Positions 53,320 through 64,000 of a stretch of DNA of 64,000 bases are shown here, in pieces. Below the pieces are notes generated by a model. That model was not told where the DNA came from. It made no database searches and worked only from the letters and a program-made list of their open reading frames with translations. Position 1 is the first letter of the stretch. Each line of letters opens with the position of its first letter. Source of the stretch: Octopus sinensis (taxonomy: Eukaryota); assembly GCF_006345805.1 (NCBI RefSeq), contig NC_043012.1, forward strand, positions 1-64,000, read 5' to 3'. The position numbers and the translations under genes are program-made.

Positions 53320-53910
53320 ATGGCCCTGTTTCCAAATGGTACTTATTTTATCGGCCCCTAAAAATGAAGACAAAATCTATCTCGGCGGGATTTGAACTCA
53401 TAACGTATAGAGGGGTGAAATGCTGCTCGGAAGCATTTTGTCCGGCTCGGTAATGTTTCTGCCAGTTCGCTCCCTTACATTGCCTTAAAAAGAATAATCC
53501 TTTCTATTATAGGCACAAGGCCTGAAATTTTTGGGGAAAAGGGGATAAATGATTACAATCGACCCCGGTGCTTGACTGGTACTTTTCTTTATCGACCCCG
53601 AAAGGATGAAAATGCAAAGTCGACCTCGGTGAGATTTGGACTAAGAACGTAAAGACGGACAAAATGCTGCTAATCATTTTATCCGCCCCGCTCGCAGCCC
53701 TTCGCCTTAGTAATAAAACTAACAATAGTTTCTACTGAACTCTCAAGACCTGAAATTTTCGGGGAGGTGGATAGTCTATTACATCGACCTTAGCCTTCAA
53801 CTGATATTTAATCAACTTCCTAAGGATGGTAAACAAAGTCGACCTCAACAGTTCTTGAGCTCAGAATTTAATGTTGGTAGAAGAGACGCTAAGCATCTTC
53901 TCCGACGGTG
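53320..53910 (-). mobile_element. Three tandem degenerate SINE family M copies
   Basis: Repeated GACCTCGG..ATTTG(A/G)ACT and CTGAAATTTT motifs. Confidence 0.75.
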
Positions 53911-53917
53911 CTTTCTC

Positions 53918-55206
53918 CCAGGGTGGGCAGAAAATTTCAGAGGCTGACTATAAAAGAGTGACACTAGAGCTGTGAAATCCTCCATGCATTAATTTCAACT
54001 CCTCTTATTAATAACTGCATTTTATTCTTCCCAGCTAAAGTGATGTCTGGCTGTACAAAGAAGACTACAATAGAACTTGTAGTGACTTCAGTTGAAATAT
54101 TTGGCATCTACATCGTGTTGTTATGAAGTGCCTGGAAAACGGGGTTTAACCCCACCAACACCCTTCGTACTGATATGGTTGCTACATTACAAGACAACAC
54201 TCCAGCTTTATTAGTGGGCAGCTGAATTTAGGTGGGCAATGGTGAGTCTTGAAGATGACCCAAAGTCTAGATGTTCTGCAACTGCCATCTCCGAGGAAAA
54301 CATTGATCGTGTTCACCACATGGTGATGGATGACAGGTGATTGACAAAAAATGAAATAGCCAATGCTATTAGAATATCCCTTGAGAGAGTTGCGAAATCA
54401 CTGCACAGTGAACTTAGCATGACGAAGGTGTTGAATCGGCGAGTGCCACGTCTTCTGGTACCTGATCAAAGGTGCACCAGACTAATCCCATCATGGGAAA
54501 TCTGGCATTGTCTAAGTCAGATACAAGTGGTTTCCTTGAACCTATCCTAGCCTAGGATGAGCATTGAGTTTATGACTTTGAGCTGGAGACAAAGAAACAG
54601 TCTTTGCAGTGGAATCACTCTTCCACACCTGTTCCAAAGAAGACCAAGATTGTTTCATCTGCATGTATGGTGATGGCCTCAGTTTTTTGGGATGCAAAAA
54701 ACTTTGTGTTTATTGACTATCTTCAAAAAGGCTACATCATCAATGTGAGTTTACTATGATAAATTCTTCAGAACGTTATGAAACTTAGTAAAGACCAAAT
54801 GCTCAGGAAAACTGATAAAAGGGGTCTTGTTTCATCAGGACAATGCTCCAACAAACAAGGCCTTGGTTTCAATGGCTGCTGTGCATGACTGTTGATGTAA
54901 ACGAGTTGATAACCCGCCCCATTCTCTCGATTTGGTTCCATATTTCTATCATTCCCATTATGCTAACCATTATGAATAAAGACTTGGCTGGGAACCAATA
55001 CCGCAGTGATGGTGACATCATATCTGTTGTTGAGGATTTTTTTACCAGCATGATGAAAGCCCCTTCATCAACAGGACCCGAGTAGTGCAACACCCATGGA
55101 AATAATGTGTGGGCTACCAGGAGGAATATGTTGAAAAATATACCTCATTTGGTCACATTCCATGTGAGTATCTTGGTAGGTCTATGTAATTTACAGCCGA
55201 CCTTAC
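53918..55206 (+). mobile_element. Old, decayed full-length mariner
   Basis: Remnants SLEDDPKS, EENIDRVHHMVMDDR, RVPRLL, VMASVFWDAK and LFHQDNAP; degenerate TIRs AGGGTGGGCAGAAAATTTCAGAGGC / GTCTATGTAATTTACAGCCGACCT; ~1.29 kb. Confidence 0.88.
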
Positions 55207-55619
55207 TATTCTACCAGCTTGCTGCCTTTAGAATACATACAATTATCAAAAGCATTGAACATGACGTAAATAGCAAATACAGCGTTAGTTCGTTCAGTAT
55301 CTCTGTTCCGTTCCGAATACGGCAGGGCGTGATTTATTCGAATTATGGCTGTTATGTGTTGCAATGTTTTCTTATTGGTGTTGTTGTAACTGTTGTAAAT
55401 GGTGTTGTTAAGTCTGACTTCAAGACAGGATAAACCTGAGGTGTGTGCGTGTGTGTATGTATGGGGGTCAAACTGAGCATAGACATATAATATAAGGTAT
55501 TCCAGCCTCAAGCTTATTTCCTTAGGGACCAAGCACCCAAGATCGAATTATTCCATGTAACCACTAAATTCTTCTCACGACAGCAGGGCACGTTCGTAGG
55601 AGGTTTATTCTAGATTGTA

Positions 55620-55980
55620 TTTCTTACTAGTTTCAGTAATTTGAAAATCTCCCTGCTGGAGCACCTCTCTGAAACTTCTTAGTCGAAAAACATCGACCAC
55701 AGTACTTGTTTTTAAAGTGTGGGACTCTGTCTATCGGCTTCTTTTGTTGAACCACTAAGTTACGGAGCTTCAAACTAAAAAATAAAAAAAGCAACAAGAT
55801 CTGTTTTCATGCGATGTGTGCGTATGCGCGCGATTTGAATATAGACACAAAAACATTTTACGACTGGTTCCCCACACAGTTTCTGTTTTCTGTATTCACT
55901 TACGAGGTATTAGTCGCCACAACACTTCAGAAGAAGACACCCAAGGCACTGAGCAATAGTACTGAACACGAAACGACATA
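55620..55980 (-). mobile_element. SINE family C, highly degenerate
   Basis: Contains GCTGGAGCACC..TAGTCGAA..ATCGACC..GAAGACAC. Confidence 0.6.
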
Positions 55981-56120
55981 CAATTCTATATAAGGACTTC
56001 TTTATTTCCAGTATTTACATTTAACGGATATTTGTCTTCATCTTAGATTCGACTCTTCAGCATTCATCAGGTATTCCTAAAGTATTTTCCGATTTTATTA
56101 TTATTATTATTATTATTATT

Positions 56121-56188
56121 CACTTCCGAATCGAACTCGGAATCTTGGGGCTAGTAGTCCGCGCTCTTAACCACTACGCCATATGCCC
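56121..56188 (-). promoter_or_regulatory. tRNA-like Pol III internal promoter within the pseudo-LTR (mirror copy at 57548-57618, +)
   Basis: A box TGGCGTAGTGG and B box GAGTTCGATTC (GAGTTCGACTCC in the second copy), with an anticodon-like arm between them. Confidence 0.7.
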
Positions 56189-56217
56189 GTGGGCAATTAT
56201 GGAGTGAATTTTAGGGC

Positions 56218-57450
56218 TTATAAATCTAATATTTTTCTATCCTTCCTTAATACTGGTTCCCATATGCTATTCATATCTGCACTCAGTCTGCTTAGAAGGT
56301 TGTGTTCTAGCATACATGCTGCTTCTTTTAGTTTTCGTATTTTCCAGTGGTGGTCTCTGTCTATTATTTTAAATTCATCCCACAGGAGGAGGTGATGTCC
56401 ATTTTTCCATATATGATCAGCTACACCTCGTGTTACAGTTTTGCTAAATTCATCTACCCTTATTTTGAGGGGGCGGCATGTTTCGCCTTTGTATTACCCA
56501 CCACAGCTGCAAGGGATGGGGGTACACGCAGTCTTTCGTAATATTCTATTCTATTGGTAATTTTTACCCGAAGGAGATATTTGCGAAGTGTTGTATTACT
56601 CTTGAGTACTGTCCTGATGTCATATGGGCCGCACATCTTTTGTATCTTTTCGGAGAGGCCGTTCAGATTGAGTAGACAGACAGTGGACAGTTTATTGGTT
56701 TCTTCCGCTCTTTTCGTCATACCTGGAATGGATAGTATGTTTTTGGGGTAGTTGTGCTTAACAGATTGTTATTGAGCTTGATCATTTCTTTGTGGTGTGA
56801 ATCTCGATCGCTACGTATATTCTTTGCTCGATGTTTTAGGCAATGAATAAACCCCCTCTTTACACTGTATGGATGGTTGGAATTGAAGTTGATGTATCGT
56901 CCAGTAAAGTTCGGCTTGCGGTATACGGATGTCCTGAATCCATACATGGTGCGTGTTATTAATACGTCCAGGAATGCTAGCTGATTGTCATTTTCCTTTT
57001 CCATTGTGAACTGTATGGATGGCTTTATTGAGTTCACATGATCTAACAACGCTTGTACACTGGTGGGGCCAGTATATGAAGGTGTCATCAACATATCGCA
57101 ACCATAGGGTTGGTTTTAGTGGTGTTGATCCTAAAGCCAAATTCTCAAAGTATTCCATATATATATTGGTTATTATCGGTGATAATGGCGAACCTATAGC
57201 TAAACCCTCTTCTTGTCGATATATATCTGTGTCCATACTGACGTAGGTAGTTTCTACACTGAAGGTCAATATTTCCACCATGTTTATTATTCGTATACTT
57301 GTGCGTTCTTTTAGATGGATGTCTGTCACGAGTTTTTCTTGAATCACCGATAGTGCTTCACCAGTTGGAACTTTGGTAAGCAGACTTATCGCAGCTAAAC
57401 TCACCATCTAGTTGGATTCAATGAGGTTATCCTTGATCAATTCTGTGAAA
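56218..57450 (-). pseudogene. Penelope reverse transcriptase + GIY-YIG endonuclease (frameshifted)
   Basis: SLLTKVP, GLAIGSPLSPIITNIYMEYFE, WLRYVDDTF, IQFTMEKE..LAFLDVLI, VYRKP, SNHP and CVY.IPCSCG..YKGETCRPLKIR. Confidence 0.92.
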
Positions 57451-57619
57451 TGGAAAAGGAAAAAGGCAATCATATGGGAACCGGTATTAAGGAAGGATAG
57501 GAGAATATTAGATATATAAGCCCTAAAATCCACTCCATAATTGCCCACGGCATATGACGTGGTTAAGTGCACGGGTTACTAACCCCATGATTCCGAGTTC
57601 GACTCCTGGCAGTGACCTC

Positions 57620-57675
<56 letters not shown>

Positions 57676-57729
57676 CAACAACAACAACAATATCTTAGGA
57701 ATGAGAACCCAGGTTCGAAATTTCCCCAA

Positions 57730-57778
57730 GACACCTGATGAATGATGGGGGGGGGTATATCAGCCGAAACGTTCTGTT
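57730..57778 (+). ncRNA. Type I hammerhead motif in the Penelope pseudo-LTR (partly decayed)
   Basis: GACAC-CTGATGA-..-CAGCC-GAAAC-GTT-CTGTT; sister copies supply GCTG (56057-56062) and GTGTT (~37883). Confidence 0.7.
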
Positions 57779-58498
57779 AACAACAAACAAGACGAGGACA
57801 AATATCCGTCAAATGTAAATAATGTAAATAATATATATTCTTTTATTTGGTTCAGTCATTTGATTGCGGCCATGCTGAAGCACCGCCTTTTGTCGAACAA
57901 ATCGACCCCAGGACTTACTCATTGTACGCCTAATACTTTGTAAGTTCTCGTCTCCTAGTACCATAGACACTCAGTTCCGCGTCTCGTTCTCCTAATCCCT
58001 TGCTATTACCCTCCTTCACATCATTCCCAATTAAAACCTTTGAGTAAATTTACTGACACAGTGAAGCTACTCACATTGTTAATCGTTGTAAAACTGCGGA
58101 TTTCTCTTTTAGAGAGCTGACGAAGAGTTATGTGCCCTTGTTTGTGTTCTTTCTTTTTTAGTTATTTGATTTGTTTTTTCGTTAAATGTTTCACGATCTT
58201 TCACTACAATACAAAGAATATCCCTCTCACTACAATACAAAGAATATCCCTTGTTGATTATCGCTTCACAGCTTCTTCTTTCTCAGACGTCTCGCTTCTT
58301 TGTCCATATTTTTCTTGTCTTTGACTCCAGTTTTCCATCTATTTCTTGCTCTCTCTCTCTCTCTCTCTCACTCACACTTCTCTCTCTCTCTCTCTTTCTC
58401 CTCTGTTTTATTTTTCTTACCCTTTGTTTTCATTATAGTCTTTTCTTCAATGTATTGTGTGTATATATACATATATATATATATACATACATACATAT

Positions 58499-58585
<87 letters not shown>

Positions 58586-58587
<2 letters not shown>

Positions 58588-58968
58588 AAGCACACCGTCG
58601 GTTACGACGACGAGGGTTCCGGTTGATCCGAATCAACGGAACAGCCTGCTCGTGAAATTAACGTGTAAGTGGCTGAGCACTCCAGAGACACGTGTACCCT
58701 TAACGAAGTTCTCGGGGATATTCAGCGTGACACAGAGAGTGACAAGGCCGGCCCCTTGAAATACAGGTACAACAGAAACAGGAAGTAAGAGTGAGAGAAA
58801 GTTGTGGTGAAAGAGTACAGCAGGGATTACCACCATCCACTGCCGGAGCCTCGTGGAGCTTTAGGTGTTTTCGCTCAATAAACACTCACAACGCCCGGTC
58901 TGGGTATCGAAACCGCGATCCTATGACCGCGAGTCCGCTGCCCTATCCACTGGGCCATTGCTCCTCCA
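58586..58968 (-). mobile_element. SINE family K, full length, inserted in (TA)n
   Basis: Reverse complement of 48048-48434. Confidence 0.93.
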
Positions 58969-58979
58969 CATATATATAT

Positions 58980-59016
<37 letters not shown>

Positions 59017-59018
59017 AT

Positions 59019-59095
<77 letters not shown>

Positions 59096-59624
59096 TGTGT
59101 GTGTGTGTGTGTATGTGTGTGTTTCCTTATGAATATGTATACATTTATATAAATATGTAAATATTATAATGATGTTGAAAATTTAATTTGGCATTACGGC
59201 GCTTATTCATTATTTAATAATAGTAATAAAAAAGATCGTAGTATGGAGTCGGTGTAATGTTGGAGGCCATAAATAGACAGACGGTGTTTATCTGAGGGAC
59301 ACAATGGCAACGGTTAAACAAACAGCAGTGTTCATATCAGGTGATAACTATGGGACAGATTTTAAAATTTTTTTGTAGGGTAGTTACAGAAAACTGTAAG
59401 CGATTTAGATAACTTAGTCCATCATCTCGAGTCGTGTATATACCAGTAGGCTGCAATCTGAGGTAGTGGCAAATACTCTCTCAAAATGCCGGGTGTTAAA
59501 ACGCCTGAAGGCCATAACTTACCGGCAAATACAAGCATATTATGCTTTAAGTATATGTGGTTGACAATGTACAATGTTTATTATAGTAGCACTACTTCTA
59601 CTTTATATTTAAACAAATATATAT

Positions 59625-59833
59625 AATGTGACCTCGTGTGTACCGATGACGATTTTTTTCCTCCGTCTTCCCTTCTTTGGATCTTTCCTTTTCCTATGTT
59701 TCTGACGAAGAGCTCCGCTCGAAACGTTAAGCTCTCCTTTTTTCTTTCTTTCCTGAGCGTCCAATAACACTATACTTGTTCCACGTCCTCGGGTTGTTGT
59801 GTTTTCTCTTTGTGTTTTCATGTTTGGATTAAC
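59625..59833 (+). mobile_element. Short hammerhead-bearing element, intact core
   Basis: Homolog of 29347-29556; ends TTTGGATTAAC followed by (TA)n. Confidence 0.82.
59698..59732 (+). ncRNA. Minimal type I hammerhead ribozyme motif
   Basis: GTTT-CTGACGA-A-GAGC-TCC-GCTC-GAAAC-GTT-AAGC. Confidence 0.78.
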
Positions 59834-59869
59834 TATATATATATATATATTATATATATATATATTTAC

Positions 59870-60165
59870 AATGTCCCAGTGGATCGCGGTTTCGGTCGTA
59901 GGTTCGCGGTTTCGATTCCCAAACCGGGCGTTTTGAGTGTTTATTGAGCGAAAACACCTAAAGCTCCACGCGGGTCCGGCAGGGGGGGTTGGCGATCCCC
60001 TGCTGTACACTTTCGCCGCAACTTTCTCTCACTCTTTCTTCTGTTGGCCTGCTCGCTTAGCCAGCGGGGTGGCGTCATTTGAAGGCTAAAACAATGCGAA
60101 ACGCATTGTGACAAGCGATGTGTAGCAACATCTGATAGACTGGTCAGTCAAGTGATCACGTGATC
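59870..60165 (+). mobile_element. SINE with K-type head and alternative tail
   Basis: K body to CAACTTTCTCTCACTCTT, then TTGGCCTGCTCGCTTAGCCAGCGGGG..GTGATCACGTGAT; the tail also occurs at 41357-41475 (-) and 29155-29215 (-). Confidence 0.85.
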
Positions 60166-61646
60166 ACATAGATAGATAGATAGATACATACATACATACA
60201 TGCATACATACATGAGTAAGCTCATCAATGCAAAACCAGGGGGGAAAAAGAACATTTTTTATACATATAAGAAATATATATGCATGTATGTATGTGTATG
60301 TGTATATGTGTGCGCGCGTATCGGTGTGAATGTGCGTGTCCATATATCTCTATATGTATATACATATGTATTGTTTACGGGTAAACTTACAAAAAATAGT
60401 TGATCGAAATCCAATTAGAATTTCATCGCTTGCTAAAAAACAAAGGAAACCTAAGCATAAAGTTATAATTGCTAGACTCAACAACTAATCAAAATATAGC
60501 GAATAATAAGAATACGGAAAATAGCTTACAAGAGAAAAAATAGATTGTATTTTCAGATTTTATCAAAATAATTTCTGTCGTATTATTTCTACTGCATTAA
60601 TTGCCGTGTTAAATACACGACGAAGTTTTTCAGCAGTTTGAAACTGATAAAACCTGATAGAAAGTTTACAAACTTTTATGTTAATTTGTGTTCCAAATAC
60701 CAGTTTAATAATGTCAACGTTATTTCCGTAAATTGTCCCTTATTTACCAAGAATTAATTAGAGGAAAGACGTAATTCAAGTCAAATATCGTCTGAAAAAT
60801 CTTAAACATAATATATTATGTATAGGCTTTCCTGTGTACGTGTGTGAGAGAACCATTCATGTTTACAGTCGTTGAAGATCATCTTGTCTTGTTTAAAGTA
60901 TTACCGCAATTTCTTGCATACAAATCGACTTAGTATTTAGTGTAGGCTTTTAAACGATCATAAAACATTATTGTTATTGAAAACCAACTGCAATTCGCGT
61001 AGAATTCTTGGCCCTCGAATGTCGTCCTGGCGAATAAATCGACGTACCTATTCTAGCTGTAAATTTTGGCATAAAAAATTTCGACTTCTATGCCACAAAA
61101 TTCAATGTCATTCTTTGGATCTAATTACTGCTCAAACAAAATCTGTGGTAATTGCTCAAACAAAATCAATGGATGTTTGAAAATAGTGTTAATTATGTAC
61201 TAACAGACGGAATTAGCATTTTAAAAATATTATGAATAAATGAAGCCAGGGAAATTCTGAGCTACGACATTTATGCGTCTGATGTGTGTGGTGTTGGTGC
61301 TTATAGTTGGAAAAATCGGCTTTATATTGTAAGCTTAAATATATATTGATAAATATAATATATAATGACAGGAGAACATAGATTAGAGAATAATTATGTA
61401 TTTGCTGAAATTAGGTTAATTTTCTTAGCTTTACATTCGTGCGTATATATATATATACACACACACAAAGAAACACAAATTCTTTTCGATAGATTTTGTG
61501 AGTGATAAAGCAGAAAGTAAATAAACTATATATCATTATACACCCAATTACTCAAGCAAAGATATAGTGTAAGCATGTATATTGATATATATATATTTAT
61601 ATATATATATATAGATATATATATATATATATATATGAATATATAT

Positions 61647-61678
<32 letters not shown>

Positions 61679-62186
61679 CATGTATATATACATATATATG
61701 TATATATATATGTATATATGTATATATATATATATATATGTATGTATGTAATGTATATATATGTATATATATATATATGTGCATGTATGTATATACGTAG
61801 GTGTATATGCATGTACTTATATACGCATATACATATATATATATATATATATTTTGTATGCATGCATAGATCAATGTCTATATATCTATGATTTTGTGTA
61901 TTTATTTATATATACTTACATATGAGATTATATATATATGTGTTTGTGTGTGTTTGTGTGTGTGTGTGTGTGTACACGGGCGCACACAAAGTATTCTGCC
62001 CGAGTGGGAAGGTAAGGGGCCAAATATAAAAGGTTAAAGTTTACCGATCCAGAAATTGACGGGAATTAGGTCAACTGACCTTGTTTCATGACCTTCAAAG
62101 GTTTATCTTTTAGTCTTTTTTTAAGTAATTAGCTTTCTTTCCAGACATGAAGTTTAGTGGGGTCCTGAATATATGTATATATATAT

Positions 62187-62283
<97 letters not shown>

Positions 62284-62495
62284 TTGTGTTTATAAATACA
62301 TACGTATATGTGTACATGTATGTACATATACCCCTTCCACTCATATCTATATATGCGTACAGATGTAAATATACATGCGGATTATGCATAATAAATAATA
62401 TATGCATGTAACATGTAACAGCTAATGTATATATATACACACATATATGTATCCGCACGCATATATATATATATATGTGCTTATATATATATGTG

Positions 62496-62547
<52 letters not shown>

Positions 62548-62584
62548 CATCTATATATGTATATATATAATAATATATATATAT

Positions 62585-62622
<38 letters not shown>

Positions 62623-62699
62623 TGTATTTTTCTGTCTGAAAAAAAAAATCTCACAACGTAGAGGCAAGCGCGCGCGCACACACACGCACACACTCACAC

Positions 62700-62772
<73 letters not shown>

Positions 62773-63143
62773 GACATTATATACTGATGCAAAATTGTAT
62801 TAGGACATCAGTAGCGTACGCGGTTATAAGTACATATGCTTCAAATTGCTTCAAGTAATGTTGTTTAAACAAAGACAAGAAATTAATTTCTGGTCTAATT
62901 AATTATATAAAAAAAAATGTTACCAATAATCTTCAGGCGATTATTGAAGACATTTATAGAAGACTGTCCTAATAAAGAACAATTATGTGTTTGTTTAACA
63001 TCATTCTAAATTAAAGGCATAATATTTATTCTTTAGTAGAAATTGGTCCATATTGACCCGCCGGTTCGGGGTTCATTATAGGATAATATCCTGGCTAATG
63101 AGTTTCATAAATAGACGTGCGCTCAAAGTGCACACATATATGT

Positions 63144-63186
<43 letters not shown>

Positions 63187-63217
63187 CTATACTTTATTTA
63201 CAGCAGCAGAACTATAA

Positions 63218-63248
63218 CAAAAGCTGTTACTCCGAGTAACAGCTTTTG
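63218..63248. repeat. Perfect 15-bp-arm palindrome
   Basis: CAAAAGCTGTTACTC-C-GAGTAACAGCTTTTG. Confidence 0.9.
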
Positions 63249-63467
63249 GATAAAGCATATTACTCTACCTCTGGTATTTGACTACTCTTTTTTTCCACCC
63301 TGCTCACATTTACGTGCTTACTCCGGTGTGTGTATATATATATATATATAGAAATGTGTGTATATACATACATATATACATGCACATCATTTATATATGT
63401 ATCTATCTATCATATAATATATATATTTATATATATAAATATATATATGTACACGTATATATGTGTA

Positions 63468-63533
<66 letters not shown>

Positions 63534-63636
63534 ATAAATGTACGCTGAGCTACCGTGCGTTTTTGTATGGATGTATTTAATAATATATAATATATATATA
63601 TATTTATACACTGTACATATACCATCATCACCGTCT

Positions 63637-63685
<49 letters not shown>

Positions 63686-64000
63686 CATTTTTATTATTAT
63701 TGTTATTATTATTATTATTAATATCATCAGCAGCATCATCATCATTCTTGTTGTTGTTGTTGCTATTATTATTATTGCTATTGGTTATCATTTGCTGAGT
63801 AATCGTCATCGGACAACCTAAAAAGTATGCTTCAGAGTGAAGGGGGAGGAAAGAAGTTGCACTCCTATGCAGGAGGGCGGAATTAGAAAAACTATTTCCC
63901 AGGATCTGTTGAGATTTATAGACTTATATATGTGCGTGTTTCATAAATACACACACTTGCATATTTGAATGTACGTCTAGTTATCGGTATATATATATAT

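Larger units (their letters stand above)
56012..57830 (-). mobile_element. 5'-truncated Penelope-like element with inverted pseudo-LTRs
   Basis: RT + GIY-YIG pseudo-ORF; 56012-56266 is the reverse complement of 57471-57830. Confidence 0.92.

Noticed and set aside
59515-59600. Minus-strand donor CCG|GTAAGT
   Set aside because: No credible upstream acceptor or reading frame; such donors are expected by chance.

Overview
This is eukaryotic, AT-rich, repeat-dominated DNA with no confidently identifiable host protein-coding exon. The repeat families and extreme (TA)n/(CA)n/(AAT)n density look like a cephalopod (Octopus-type) genome; that assignment is inference. Autonomous-type elements are: a near full-length R4/Dong LINE (RT + RLE endonuclease), a near-intact DD34D mariner, a decayed second mariner, an internally deleted Tc1/mariner element, a 5'-truncated Penelope-like element (RT + GIY-YIG) with inverted pseudo-LTRs, and RTE and CR1-type fragments. 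Also present are a non-autonomous Helitron, a 5S rRNA copy and dozens of tRNA-derived SINEs of at least four head types. The most notable layer is about ten hammerhead-ribozyme motifs in short Penelope-type termini, one placed downstream of a tRNA-like Pol III promoter. Other highlights are a TSD-flanked SINE-RTE chimera, an RTE whose stop-codon/3'UTR module is amplified five times, and two minus-strand pyrimidine-tract-CAG|GTAAGT sites resembling recursive splice sites. Most ORF-track entries are microsatellite or SINE artefacts. Repeat boundaries were read by eye and are approximate unless a TSD or TIR is quoted.
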